The position numbers and the translations under genes are program-made. Below, one piece after another: positions 1-16,483 of a DNA stretch of 64,000 bases. The notes under the pieces were generated by a model that was given only the letters and a program-made list of their open reading frames with translations, had not been told where the DNA came from and did no database searches. Where the stretch lies: the NCBI RefSeq assembly GCF_009914755.1, contig NC_060939.1, one strand, 5' to 3'. This stretch comes from the human T2T-CHM13v2.0 reference genome, Homo sapiens. The first letter of the stretch is position 1, and each line of letters starts with the position of its first letter.

Positions 1-118
1 CATCTGCTGGCACCTTGATCTTAGACTTGCCTCCAGAAGTCTGAGAAATAAATTTCTGTTGTTTATAAACTACCCAGCTTACAGTATTTTGTTATAGCAG
101 CCCAAACAGACTAAGACA
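1..118 (+). mobile_element. MaLR LTR (MLT1/MST) 3' end
   Basis: accttgatcttagactt...aataaatttctgttgttta...ttgttatagcagcccaaacagactaagaca. Confidence 0.75.
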
Positions 119-279
119 TCTATTAACCTCGTGATAAAGCAAGAGCTGGATCCCAGGCTCAAAGCTGGAATCACTGGGACTCCCAAGGTATATATTATAG
201 ACATTTGAAAATTACTTCCCCAAATTTACTCTCCCTAACCCCACTTTTTAATAATACCGTAAAACGTTCCACAAAATGG

Positions 280-692
280 CCTAGGTGAAATTGATTATAC
301 TCTCACCCCCATGGGTGAGCGCTGATTGGCTTAAAACAACTAGCACCTTTTTCCCCAGGACCCACAGACATTGGTTCAGAAATGGGCGCATAATCCAGTC
401 AGGGATTTTTTTTTTTATGAGAACTCCTAAGAAAAAGATTCCTGTACTTCTCTCTGAAGTTGAGCCAGAAAGCATGTACCCCTAAGGGCTGTTGGCAGCC
501 ATCTTTGGACAAAAACCAGAGAGCCTGAATGAGAACAGAGGAGGTGCAGAGGAGAAATAGTGAAAGCAAAACTAGATCCAGGTGTCAGCATTTAAAATCC
601 TTGATGTCTTAGCCCCGGACTCTCCAGTTACTACTTAAATTCCTGTTTCTGCTTCAGCTAGCTTGGGTCTTGTTTTCTTTTACTTGTAACTG
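280..692 (+). mobile_element. Old MaLR LTR (MLT1J/K-like)
   Basis: attggttcagaaatggg, gctgttggcagccatctt, terminal ttcttttacttgtaactga. Confidence 0.5.
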
Positions 693-2390
693 AGGTTAAA
701 GTGATCCTCAGAATAAGAGGGGAAAAAGTGGACCCTTGTGGTAATCTAGCACTCTGGGTAGACAGTAGCTGTTCAAGGAAAAGAGAAGAGGGGTGCAGGT
801 GGCTACACAGAAGCGATTAGCCATCAAGGGACGAGGGTGGCATTGGGATGAAAAAGGAAGGGCTGGCTCTGAGCTTCACCATGAAAGAAGTGCACATGAG
901 AATGGTTTCTGTCGGGCCCTCACTTTGGTTAATTCTACTGCTTTCTCCTCAGGGATGATGAAGGCCCCCAGCTCATCCCCAGGGAAATGATGCAACCAGG
1001 TAGCTGGATCAGAAATGAAAAAGTCAGGAAAAGGGAAAGGTTGCTTGCGCAGTTACTAGGGATATGAAAAGGAGGCTAAAAAACGGCAGGGGGTGGCCTG
1101 GAGGGAATGTGAAACATTTTTGTGTGTTTTACACACACCGAAAAAAAAAGAGGACATGGACAGAAACCTAGAGAATAGGAGGACAGCATAGTATAGTTAC
1201 TAAGAATAAGCTAAGAGTTGGTTCCCCGGGACCAAACAGATACCATTTCCAAAACCCACGAATTACTTACCGGCTGTCTCAATTCACCTAAGCTTCCCTT
1301 TCTTGTCTGTAAATGAGCATGAAAGTGCCACCTGTATAAAATAACTCAGGCTCCCAAAATGTAACATAGGGAAGCTCCTAGCAGCGTGTCTGGGAGGAAT
1401 AAGCATTATCTGTATTTATCGTATCAAATTAAGATAGAGGAACACAGGAGGACAGTAGAGGATGAAAATAAAACACTACTTAGATCCTGACCCTCCTCAG
1501 TGGCAAGTAGTGAGCATTCACTTCGTACAGAAGTAGCACTAAGGCAAATTAAAAGAAAGGTTCACATTTCCTCTAAAAGAAATGGTTTTTGAGTCATGCC
1601 AATACCACTTACTCAATGTCCTCTGTACTATACTATTCTCTGACAGAGCCACTTATTAAATGTGTGAACTGTGCTGACAACACTTGACAACTTTCAACAT
1701 GAGGGAACAGCAGGATCACTTAACAGAACAAAATCGTAAAATAATGTCAAAGCTTGATTTCAGGTGGTGCGGTGTAGCACTGCTCTTCACGAAATCAGGA
1801 CTCCCCCGACCAGGCAGGGCCGACTAGGTTAGAGTGTCCTGCCCTCACTCACCTGGCAGGGCTTGGGATGAGCTGGACGTGACTGCCACAGGCATTTCTG
1901 TTCAACCTTGAAGCCTTCGCTACAGGAGACCGCCTGGCAGTCGGGCTGGGAAGCAAATCTGAGAAACAAAGAGAGACCAGGCGGAAAGCCCTTGGGACCA
2001 GGAAGGAGAGATGAGATTCTGGTTTGGCAGTGGCACCTGGTACCCGCTATTAATAAATAATAGGACTGTCTGACATTTATAAGGCACTTTATCGGTAATA
2101 ACAGTGTCATCTCCATAAGCCATTCTATTAGTGGTAACAAATAATAGCCCCACGCCTGCAATATCTCCTTTAATATTCCCAACGTCCGCTAAGCGCGTCT
2201 CATCACCATTTAAAGAAACCGTGGCTCCTAGAGGTAAAGTACTTCGGTCACAACGCGAGGAGGTCCAGACTTGACCCCAGACCTCCAGACTCGAGCTGGG
2301 AAGTGGCCGAGGCTCCTGGTGAGCCGCAGGGCAGCCTGCCCAGCCCCGGGAGGACCGCGTGGGAGGGCCGGGAGAGCAGGTGGCTGCCCC

Positions 2391-2405
2391 CCACAAGGGG
2401 GCGGG
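2391..2405 (+). promoter_or_regulatory. Overlapping CTCF-like / GC-box (SP/KLF) motif
   Basis: CCACAAGGGGGCGGG resembles CTCF core CCACCAGGGGGCG and contains GGGGCGGG. Confidence 0.45.
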
Positions 2406-2648
2406 CTCAGCCGGCCAGTCCTGCCCGGAACCCCCGGCAACGCGCATACGACTACACCTGCTCCGGAGCCCGCGGCGGTACCTGCAGCGGAGGAGCTCTG
2501 TCTTCCCCTTCATCTCACGCGAGCCCGGCGTCCCGCCGCGTGCGCCCCGGCGCAGCCCGCCAGTCCGCCCGGAGCCCGCCCAGTCGCCGCGCTGCACGCC
2601 CGGGGTGAACCCTCTGCCCTCGCTGGGACAGAGGGCCCCGCAGCCGTC

Positions 2649-3126
2649 ATGCTTTCCGCCATCTACACAGTCCTGGCGGGACTGCTGTTCCTGCCGCTCC
2701 TGGTGAACCTCTGCTGCCCATACTTCTTCCAGGACATAGGCTACTTCTTGAAGGTGGCCGCCGTGGGCCGGAGGGTGCGCAGCTACGGGCAGCGGCGGCC
2801 GGCGCGCACCATCCTGCGGGCGTTCCTGGAGAAAGCGCGCCAGACGCCACACAAGCCTTTTCTGCTCTTCCGCGACGAGACTCTCACCTACGCGCAGGTG
2901 GACCGGCGCAGCAATCAAGTGGCCCGGGCGCTGCACGACCACCTCGGCCTGCGCCAGGGAGACTGCGTGGCGCTCCTTATGGGTAACGAGCCGGCCTACG
3001 TGTGGCTGTGGCTGGGGCTGGTGAAGCTGGGCTGTGCCATGGCGTGCCTCAATTACAACATCCGCGCGAAGTCCCTGCTGCACTGCTTCCAGTGCTGCGG
3101 GGCGAAGGTGCTGCTGGTGTCGCCAG
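2649..3126 (+). CDS. SLC27A2: SLC27A2 exon 1 coding part (N-terminal hydrophobic anchor)
   Basis: gccgtcATGc start; [23 protein letters not shown]...KVLLVSP; donor CAG|gtgagc. Confidence 0.97.
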
Positions 3127-4165
3127 GTGAGCCCCGAGGATCGCCCTGCCCTGGCACCAGGGCTTCTCGGCGCCTTGACTGACGAGCCACAGCGTGGCAT
3201 AAGGGGTTCGCAGAGGGAGGTTCAGATCGGAACTGTAGGTATAGAAAAAGGTTGGCAGTGTTTCCTTGAATCGCAAATAATGATCTTTTAGGACCACCTG
3301 TTGTGGAAGCTGATAATGTGCTAGGTTCTGTGTTAAGCACTCTACAGGCAGTGTGGTTTTTAATCCTCACAATGGGTAGGCTTTGTTATAGGACTTTTAT
3401 AGATGAGACCACTGAGGTCCTGAGAGGTGAAGCCTCATGCCCAGCTATCTATCTCCAAATTCCAAGCTCTTAATCAATACTTATAACATCTGCATTAAAA
3501 TGCAGAGGATCTTGAGTGCGAACTCTAGTGGATCCAGAGGGGCTCTTCTCACCTCTGCTGCTTGACTGGCTGTGTGATCATGGGAAAGTCACTTCTCCTC
3601 TCTGTCCCTTGGTTTGCTCCTCTCTAATGAGGCAGGCTTCAATGTTGCTTCCAGCTCTCAACTGCTGTTAGCATCCTGTCCCCTCCCTGCAGAACAAAGG
3701 TGACCCCACCTGATCCCCAGGGAGAAGATATTGGGGATCTGCTACAGGACCGTTGTGAGCCCCCACTGCATCTATCACAATAGTGACCCTTTCAGTTCTG
3801 TGGTTAGCTCCTGCCACATTTCAGCCAGACTTGAAACAGTAACTTAAGTGATGACAAGGTCAGGAAGTGACAGAGAACCTGTTACTCACAGGGCTGATGG
3901 CTTTCCCCTCCCAGAGAGCTTGTCTCTGCACTTGAATAAGGACCAAGGGTTCCTTCTCTCAGTCAGTAAGAAGAGGCCTACACAGGAGTGGGCTGAAAGA
4001 CCTGGGTGACAGGGTAGGGGTCGAGGGAGCCGAGGAGCCTCAGCTTTCTAGAATGCATTTCTGTGCTAAGCCCTATAGTAGATGCTTTTATTACCCCGGG
4101 AGATAACATATCACTATCCCCACCACCACCACCACCATTATACAGTTGAGAAAACTGAGGCTTAA

Positions 4166-4560
<395 letters not shown>

Positions 4561-4699
4561 TAAACTGTTAAGTGTGCTGGAAGGGATGAAGTGTCCACTT
4601 GCTCTACCCCTTCATTTCATAGCTGGGGAAACTGAGGCAAGCTAAGCGGGTTACAGAAAGATGAAAGGTTAATTCACTTGTGAGAAACCAGGAATCTTA

Positions 4700-5088
<389 letters not shown>

Positions 5089-5852
5089 ACAAGTTTAAAG
5101 GTGGCTAAATTATTTGGAAGAGATGGTCCTTTCAAGAAAATTCCCATTAATTTCTAGCTGCCTGAGAAAAGTGATAACTTCACTACTTTGTAACTAGAAG
5201 ACTCTCCTAAGCCTATTACTTTACCAGCTTGCTTGGAGGGAAATTATTAACACAGTGATCTTTGTACCACTTCAGGAAGCATTTAAATTCTGTTTATCAC
5301 TTTAGTATCCCAGGTCCCCTGAGAGGGAGGTCACAGGGTTTGGAGTTTTGTTGACAAAGAAGTTCAGGATTAAATGACCATAATACAGTTTGATTCTGCA
5401 ATAAAGTCAGAATTACAACCAGATACCCTCTTCCCACCCAGCTAACAGTTGTCTGCCATAGAGCTATGTGTTTACATAGAGAATATATGGGAATTTCTAT
5501 ATTAAACTCAAACGTGAACCAGACTTTACAGTGGACCTAAGGCACTCTCTGGACCGTCAACTGACCTCTGAGGGAGGCCACATATTTGAAAAAAAATCAG
5601 TTTTTCCAAATCACTGAGATACCTTTGCACATGAAGCAAAATTACAGTCTGTCACAGAGTTGCATGTTTACTAAACATGCCCATGGGAAAATATGTTGAA
5701 TGGACTGATTCTTAGAATTCTTTGGTGTTGGAAGGGACCTTAGAGATATTCTAACCCTATAATCCTGTAAGTTTAATGAATGTGTTATACTTTAAAAAAA
5801 AAAGTTTACAGAAGAAACTTTAATAAGCCCAAGAATCACCTAGGAAGCTTAC

Positions 5853-6159
5853 TTTTTTTTTTTTTTTTTTTTTTTTTTGAGACGGAATCTCGCTCTTTCG
5901 CCCAGGCCAGGCTGCTGTGGCGTGATCTCGGCTCACTGCAAGCTCCACCTCCCTGGTTCACGCCATTCTCCTGCCTCAGCTTCCTGAATAGCTGGGACTA
6001 CAGGCACCCGCCACCACGCCCGGATAATTTTTTGTATTTTTAGTAGGGGCAGGGTTTCACCGTGTTAGCCAGGATGGTCTTGATCTCCTGACCTCGTGAT
6101 CTGCCGGCCTTGGCCTCCCAAAGTGCTGGGATTACAGGCGTGAGCCACCACGCCTGGCC
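5853..6159 (-). mobile_element. AluY-like
   Basis: gcaagctcc/cacgccattc diagnostics; TSD ggaagcttactttt. Confidence 0.9.
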
Positions 6160-6186
6160 GGAAGCTTACTTTTAAAAACATTCTGA

Positions 6187-6490
<304 letters not shown>

Positions 6491-6616
6491 ATTTCTGAGA
6501 TCATCCCCAAAAATGCTGATTCAGTAAGACTATGTTGGGGCCCAGGAATGTGTATTTTTATAAGAAACCCCACCGCCAACCCTAGGTGATTTTGAAACAA
6601 ATGGTCTGAGGACTAG

Positions 6617-6959
<343 letters not shown>

Positions 6960-7928
6960 TTCTCATTGTCTTATAGCTGTATAAACAAAGGCCTAGAGGG
7001 ATGATATGAATTGCCCATGATCAAGTGGATAGTTAGGAACAGAAAGGTAGAGATAGAACCCAAATATTTTTTTCTCACTTACGAGGCACTGTTTATTCTA
7101 TCACACCATCTTGAACATGATACATAAATGTCAGTTTGATTCCATATTTTGAGTTTCAGCCCAGGGCTTGTGGACTAGTAAGAGCTCTTGAGCTCCATCT
7201 GTCAGTCAAATTCTGCAGTATATGTAAAGGACCAGCACAGAGGCATTTATCATGAGGATTGATCCAGTTGTTATGAATTTGGGGGTTTCTTTATAACACT
7301 TAACAGGACTCAACCCTATCAGGAATTTCAGTACTCAATTACTCTTTTCAATTTTACTATAGTTACAGAAAGTCAAGACTCATAAACACTTCCCTGAATC
7401 AAGCAGCAGCACTGTTTCCCAGAGAATATGACTTTCTCTCTGTTGTACATTTCAGGATCGTTCTCCAGGGCAGGGTATGATCTAGGTAATCACATGGGAA
7501 AATTGTCTCCAAGGATAAGAACCTGTATCAATGTTGTAACTAATAAAAGCCACATGGCTGGGCCAGTAGTTTTTCACCCAACTTTCCAAATACAGAATAT
7601 GGGTAAAACAGTAAAACATATTTTATTTCACACAATATGGGATATTTTATAAAAACCTACAAAAGAGGCCTGAAATTGTACATTTGTTCCATTTCCATTT
7701 ATCCTAGCATCAAGACCATCAATAAACTAGCTCTTCCACTGGGTAGATAACCCAGGTCTCCTGAGGGTCCCTTCATCAGCTCACTGGCAGGGTATACACT
7801 GCCTAACTCAACACAGCCATGCGAGGCTCCCACAGTGTAGGCACTACTCTTATGCAAGGCTTTAGTAACAGTTAAAGATACTCTCTGTTGCAAAACTGAG
7901 TCCCAGGTAAGTTATAAAACGTTCCAGA

Positions 7929-7947
7929 TTACCTTTGACCTGGTTTT
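7929..7947 (-). promoter_or_regulatory. DR1 nuclear-receptor element (PPRE/HNF4-like)
   Basis: Minus strand AAAACC AGGTCA A AGGTAA: one mismatch from DR1, with an A-rich 5' extension. Confidence 0.45.
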
Positions 7948-8854
7948 GCAAGGTTGCAGAAAACAAAATTTGACCTCCTTTAAACAATGTGATAAAGGAA
8001 AAATGCTTACAATAGCTTTCAAAAATATTGCATCATTAAAAGCTATAAGACTGAAGAACTTCATTACAAAACAAGTGTTGGGACCAAGGATAACCCTTGT
8101 CATCCAAACTTTTGAGATTAGATTGAGAAAAACTGATGGTACAACAATTTGATTTTCAAAGCAAGAAACATTTAGAGGGAGGAGAGGCCACCAAAAAAAA
8201 AAAAAAAAGGAGTGAGAGTCCCAACAAGGTACAAGCTAGTTTTCTCTGTGCCATGATGGGATGGAGAAATAAGATGAATTAGTTCAAGGATCTTACAGTC
8301 CAGTAAAAGAACTAAACCGCATGCACAAATGATTGTGACACCCAGTAGAATGTGCTCAGTGTGCTGGGAGGGCTACAAGTGCTGCAGGAAAACAAGCAGA
8401 GGTCAAGAGAAGGCTTTTTGGGGCACTGACTATTGAGCTGAACAAATGCAGTGGGGGAGGGGGCATTCCAGGCAAAAGGAGCACCAGAGGCAGTTCTGAT
8501 CAGGTGCTTAAAACAGTGAGATGCTTCATTAAAGGATATTGCGATGTAAGAACAATGGCAGTCTGGACCTAATAATAGTCATTTTTTTAAGCTGTTTCCT
8601 GAAGGGACAGGAAATGGAAAAAATAGGGACTCAGAGAGTCCAAAGAATGGCCAACAGCAGTGGCCTCACTTCCACAGAAGGAAATATTTAATTTTCTAAT
8701 GCCAACTTTAGTCCAGAATCAAGGCACAGAAATAATCTAATCTACACTCTTCCCAACTCTTTGGACTGCCCAAGGAGTAACTTAAATGAGTTGTTTCAAT
8801 GCACTTTGTCTCAAAGGCTTAGAATTCTCTCATATATCTTTGAATAATTCCCTA

Positions 8855-9433
<579 letters not shown>

Positions 9434-11479
9434 TTAAACTCAATCTACCCCAGGCCCAGCCTTACCCTACCACAGGCTTACTTACCTCTCAAAGGTCCTC
9501 CTAATCAATGACTCTGTCCAGCTCTCTGGCAGTACATGGTAGGACAGCGGTGCTCTCCTTGGGTCTCAGTGCAGCAAGTAAGCAGGTGGTGAGCACAGGA
9601 TGGGCTGGAAAGGACCTGTGAGTAGGGTGGTGGAGGACCCTGTACAAGGACAGAAACCCAGACACCAAATGATTAATATATCCAAGGGCTGGGATTCCCA
9701 GCCTAGTAGCCCAAGGAAAGATAGCTTAAAGATATTCTCTAAAATTTTTCTTCTCTCCCTGCTCTTAACTAAAGCTTGCAAAGGAGGTGATTGTACATCT
9801 CCATCCAAGAACAAAACTAGCACTTTGCTGGCATATATGGGAATGCACTTTATTTTCTTCAGAAACAGGGACTGAAGAGGTAAAAACAAACTCTGAATCA
9901 GGTGTTGTTATTGAATCTGAAAGAGAAGGATAGAGTTCAGATTATTCTATATAATAGGTGCTAGTATTTGAAAAGGACCTTCCCACAGCCTCTGAGAAAA
10001 GGGAAGTAGATCATTGGTAGAAAGATGACATGGTTGCTTACAGATATCAAATGCTAACAATTATGTAAGGCCTTATGTGACCTGGTAACTCATGATAAGG
10101 AATTACCTTTGATTCCAGGGCTATTTAGAAAGCAAGAGTTCATATAAGCAAGAACTTTAACTTGGAGAAATAAAAATTAACATCAAGGAGATTACTACTT
10201 AATTACCTAAATGTAAAATGAGTATGTATTTCCTTGTTAAATTTTTGCTTACTCCTGGTGGAACTTAAACATTTTTATGACCTCCGGGTGATTTGTGTGG
10301 GGAAGAAGGAGGAGCACATGCATGTCTCTCTCTCTATATATAGTATTATAATGTGCATCATCTTGCTGTACAAAATACTGTCATTCCAAACTGCCAATGA
10401 TTGAGATGCAAAATTACAGTTACAAATGGCATTTTAGGAACTATTTTTAGGTTGTCTTCAAGGACTATGTTATTAATAGCACCAGTTTGCATTTCAGTTG
10501 CTTTTCTGAATGAAGAAAAGAGATAAATCTTCAAGCTTGACTTGCTCATCAACCAACCATTTCATGATCAGAGTACATTTCCTTTCACTACCTTCCTTTT
10601 GGACCTTACCTTCTTGGTAAATATTTCTGGGGTGTTTTGTTTAATCCAGTCAGTTACTCATTCACTGAGGCAGTCTAGTAGCAGAACAAGCTACTAGACT
10701 GAATGTTTTCCTATTGGAAAGCTGCAGGTTTAGCCTGAGCACCTGACACCTTAGTAATGAAGATTGATTCAGCTCACCACCTACCCAATCTCTCTGCCTT
10801 CTAGCAATGGACTTGTTTATTCAGAAAATTCTTCCTTTTTCCTTAAAAAAAAAAAAAGGCAGGGGCAGACTTAATATGCTACCTTAATTTTTTAAAATTT
10901 TCTTTGAACAGACTTTAAAGGGGATGGGGGAGTAGTGTTGTAATCACTTGATTTTTCAACACCCAAGTGTGTGCTCTTTCTCTGTGGGTTTATTTCAGTC
11001 TACAACTTAAAACTAGACTGATGAAGAACCGACTGATGGAGCTGCTCTACACCCTTCAGGCAACTTTCTGTGACCACTGTTTCTCATACTCAAACTTTTA
11101 ATAAAGCTTGAGGTTTTGCTCTTCAAGAAAAGATCATCCATGTTACTCATTAAATGCAGATCCACATGATTGAACAAGCACTGAGCAGAAGGCCAAGCAG
11201 CCAGCCTCTTCCAAGAAATAAGGCACTTTGCTAGAACTTAATCTGAATGGCTCATACAAGGAGGTGGGAACCTCAGAAGCCCAGAATGATTCTTTTCATT
11301 TTGCATGTGACCCTCCATACACTGACTTGGTGAGCCTCTTCTCATTTGTAGAAATAAGATTACTGGTATCTATATCACAGAGTTGTTATGAAAATTATGT
11401 GAAGTGATGTATGTAAAACTATACCAACAGTTCTATGCAAATGAAAATTTTAAATGTTTGTTATTAGTAAAGAGAGAGG

Positions 11480-11893
11480 TGGGTGCATGCTCTGATGTGC
11501 CACCCAGATCCCTGCTTTAGGACTGACGGACTCACTCTTCAGCTGCTGGGAGCTCTCAGCTGAGACCTCTCCCAGGACTTCTCCTTGGTTGAAGAGAGAC
11601 ACTTTGGCCAAGGTTAAGCACCACCACCCCAGCCTGAGTCCATTGGACTGGTCAATGGGCAGGTGTGAAGGCACAGCCTACCTCCCTTAATTTAGGAGGT
11701 AACTCTGAAGGGCATCCCAGGTCCAGAGTCCCCTTAGGATTAGAGGATCTGCTGAGGGAGACTCCTGTTGTGACTGCATTACAGTTCAATGTCTCCCTCT
11801 ATCCAGTCTGCTTCCCTTGCAGCCTCACAGGTCCCATTCCCAAGAGCACTCCTGCATGCACATCTCGGAGTCTCAGAGAACCCAACCTTGACA
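11480..11893 (+). mobile_element. ERVL LTR16-like solo LTR
   Basis: gccacccagatccc...actgcattacagttcaa...cccaagagcactcc...gaacccaaccttgaca. Confidence 0.6.
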
Positions 11894-11989
11894 AATAGAA
11901 TTATAGGAGCTTACATGTTCTGATTGATAGATGAGCAGACTTTACAATAAAAATTATAAAAGGTAGATAGATATTTTATGCTTGCATTA

Positions 11990-12340
<351 letters not shown>

Positions 12341-12734
12341 TCAAGAAAATAAAAGACATTAAATATCAACTAGATAGTTGACAGGTAGATTCACATCCAG
12401 AATTTCCTTTCAAATTTCTTTTTTCTTTCTACATCTTTAAGGGAAGAAAGGCTTCCATAGTGTGTCCAGATATGGTTGGCAAGCCGCTGGAAACTCAAGT
12501 CTGCCCAAATAACAAATCTACACCAACAGCCTAGAGGAGATGGAAGGAGATGGTGTAGGGCAGGGGCAATGGCCCTCCCTTCAGATTAGATGACTTGCAT
12601 AAAAGGTCAGGAATCACAAACTACATGCCTGCAGAGGGCCAGCTGGGAACATGAATGAAGTACACATGAGGTGAAGTTGCTTGGACTGTGATCAAGCATG
12701 ACACCAGCTTAATTACATTTCCTTTTATTATTAA

Positions 12735-12990
<256 letters not shown>

Positions 12991-14106
12991 TAGCTGTAAG
13001 TACATTTTTCTTAAAAAAAAAAAAAAAAAAAGAAGAAGAAGTACAGAAAAACTTAAAGTCCCTTTTGACCTACCATTTTCCCCTCATTAAGATGATTACT
13101 TGGAGGTGAAAAATAAGAAAAAAAAAAGACTGTTGCTAAGTCCTATCTACTCTACCTACCAGATATCTCTTAAGTACATTCACTTCTCTCTACCCACACT
13201 GCTGCCTACACAGTGTAGACAAGCATCATCTAACAGCTGGTCTCCCTACCTCTTCTCCCAACCTTATTCCCCTCCAACTCTACATTCCAGTCAGCTTTAA
13301 CCTCTTTTAGTTACTCAGGCCCCAGGCTGCGTTGGCTCTGGGCCTTTGCATAAGCCGTTCCACTGCCCAGACTCAGGCTTAGTCAGTCCCAGCTGATCTT
13401 CATCTCCACCGTCTGCTCATCTTTCAGGTCTCAGTTTACAGGGCACTTCTTCTAGGTCGTCTTTCTGCCCCCCACCACCTGCTCCCCAAATACCTTTTCC
13501 TTCCCCTGTTGTGACACCTGTGGCAATTTATTTTGATTTTTGTTTGTTTGTTTCTCCTCTATTAGACCTGGGCTCTATGAAAACAGGGAGAGCGTTTTGC
13601 TCACTGTCATATCCAGCATGTAGAGACCTGCCTGGCACACAGGGAACACTCTTTAAATAGATGTTGAATAAATGTTGGGAGGGAGGGAATGAGAATGGAT
13701 CCAGGTAACTTATGAACGGATTGTTTGACTATGGACCCTGAGTCTCATGACAGGAGGAAAGAAAGGAGATTTCACAATTCTTTAGCAGTAGGAGTTGTTG
13801 TTTTAAAATTTGCCTCTGTGGGCCCTTACTTGTAAGCAAGGCATACTTGTATCTCAGAAATTATTTCATCTTACATTATGTTTCATTAAAGGTTTATCAA
13901 CTGCCAGATCTGAATCCTTTAAGCAGCTTTAGCTTATTCCTCTGTGTCTTCCACACTAATATCATATTTTGTGCAAAATTTTTTCAATTATAAACATTTA
14001 TTGAGCACTTATCTAGTAGTTCTGGGGGTACAAAGATGATTTGATTATTATCTTAATTTCAAAGATCTCCCTGTCTAATAGAGGAGAAAATGAATTAAAC
14101 CACATC

Positions 14107-14395
<289 letters not shown>

Positions 14396-14959
14396 GAACC
14401 CTATCATACTGTGTATAAGTGCCCTGATAATTATAAATACGGGCTCCTATGGGAGCTGTAGAAGGGAGCAGCTAACTTTGCAGAGGGAGGGAAGATAACA
14501 GAAAAGAAGTGCTACCTACACTGAGTCTTGAAGGATAAGCAGGAGTGTTCCAGGTGACCAGGGGGTGAGAAACCATGAAACAACCTGGGCAAAAGTAATG
14601 AGACGTGAGCATACAGGTACCTTCAGGGATTTTCCATAGATCAATGTGGTTAGAGGAAAGAGGGCAAGAGGTAGAGAGTAGGAGATGACACAGAAAGCAA
14701 GCAGGAGTGGGACCGGGAGGCACCTCCGGTCCTCCCGAATAAGGAGAGTGGATTCTATCACAAGGAATGAACAGCCCTGAAGGATCTTAAACAGGGTGGC
14801 AACAAGAAATTGGATGAGAGTGAAGCTGATAAATTAGAAGCAGGAAGAGACTCAAGGGCAGGACATTGGTCAGGAGGCTATAGCAATAATCTAGGTAGGA
14901 AATAATGAGGACATGAGCCAAGGCAGTGGCACAGGAGTGGATGCTACCACTCCCGTTTC

Positions 14960-15900
<941 letters not shown>

Positions 15901-16032
15901 TGCATCTATCCCGGTGATATTTCTTGTCTTTATGGAGATATCATACACAAACATCTGAAAAACAAAGCATATCAGATGAATTAGGTGTAGCCTCCCCAAG
16001 GTAATACCCTGGGACATTTAGTCACCTTCCTA

Positions 16033-16308
16033 CCCAGCACTTTGGGAGGCCGAGGCGGGCGGATCCCGAGGTCGGGAGATTGAGACCATCCTGGCTAACA
16101 CTGTGAAACCCCGTCTCTACTAAAAATACAAAAAATTAACTGGGCATGGTGGCGGGCGCCTGTGGTCCCAGCTACCGGGAGGCTGAGGCAGGAGAATGGC
16201 ATGAACCCGGGAGGCGGAGGTTGCAGTGAGCCAAGATCGCGCCACTGCACCCCAGCCTGGGCGACAGAGCCAGACTCTGTCTCAAAAAAAAAAAAAATAA
16301 AAATAAAA

Positions 16309-16360
<52 letters not shown>
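16033..16360 (+). mobile_element. 5'-truncated AluY-like with A-tail followed by (TA)n
   Basis: Starts at cccagcactttggg; long A-run then (AT)~18. Confidence 0.9.
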
Positions 16361-16368
<8 letters not shown>

Positions 16369-16483
16369 CATTCACTTCCGTTATCACAATTCAAGACAAG
16401 TAGGCTTAAAAGCAGTCTCACTTTACGGCTTAAAGGCACAAAATCCAAGTAGCAAGCATGAAATGTGGTTTGCATATTAAATC

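Larger units (their letters stand above)
2150..3230. promoter_or_regulatory. CpG island / TATA-less promoter of SLC27A2
   Basis: Sharp rise in GC and CpG density around exon 1 against a CpG-poor background. Confidence 0.9.

Noticed and set aside
2606-2620. DR3-like motif AGGGCA-gag-GGTTCA on the minus strand in the 5'UTR
   Set aside because: Degenerate match that is plausible by chance in GC-rich sequence; no supporting context.
2271-2648. In-frame open extension upstream of the SLC27A2 ATG
   Set aside because: No upstream ATG; it starts at TTG probably 5' of the TSS; openness is expected in GC-rich DNA; it would need Ribo-seq support.
1920-3200. 426-aa ATG-initiated antisense ORF over exon 1
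   Set aside because: Shadow of GC-rich coding sequence and CpG island (stop-poor); low-complexity Arg/Gly/Pro product with no recognisable domain.
10358-10552. 64-aa minus-strand ORF with acceptor-like site
   Set aside because: No recognisable homology or clear donor; cannot support an exon from sequence alone.
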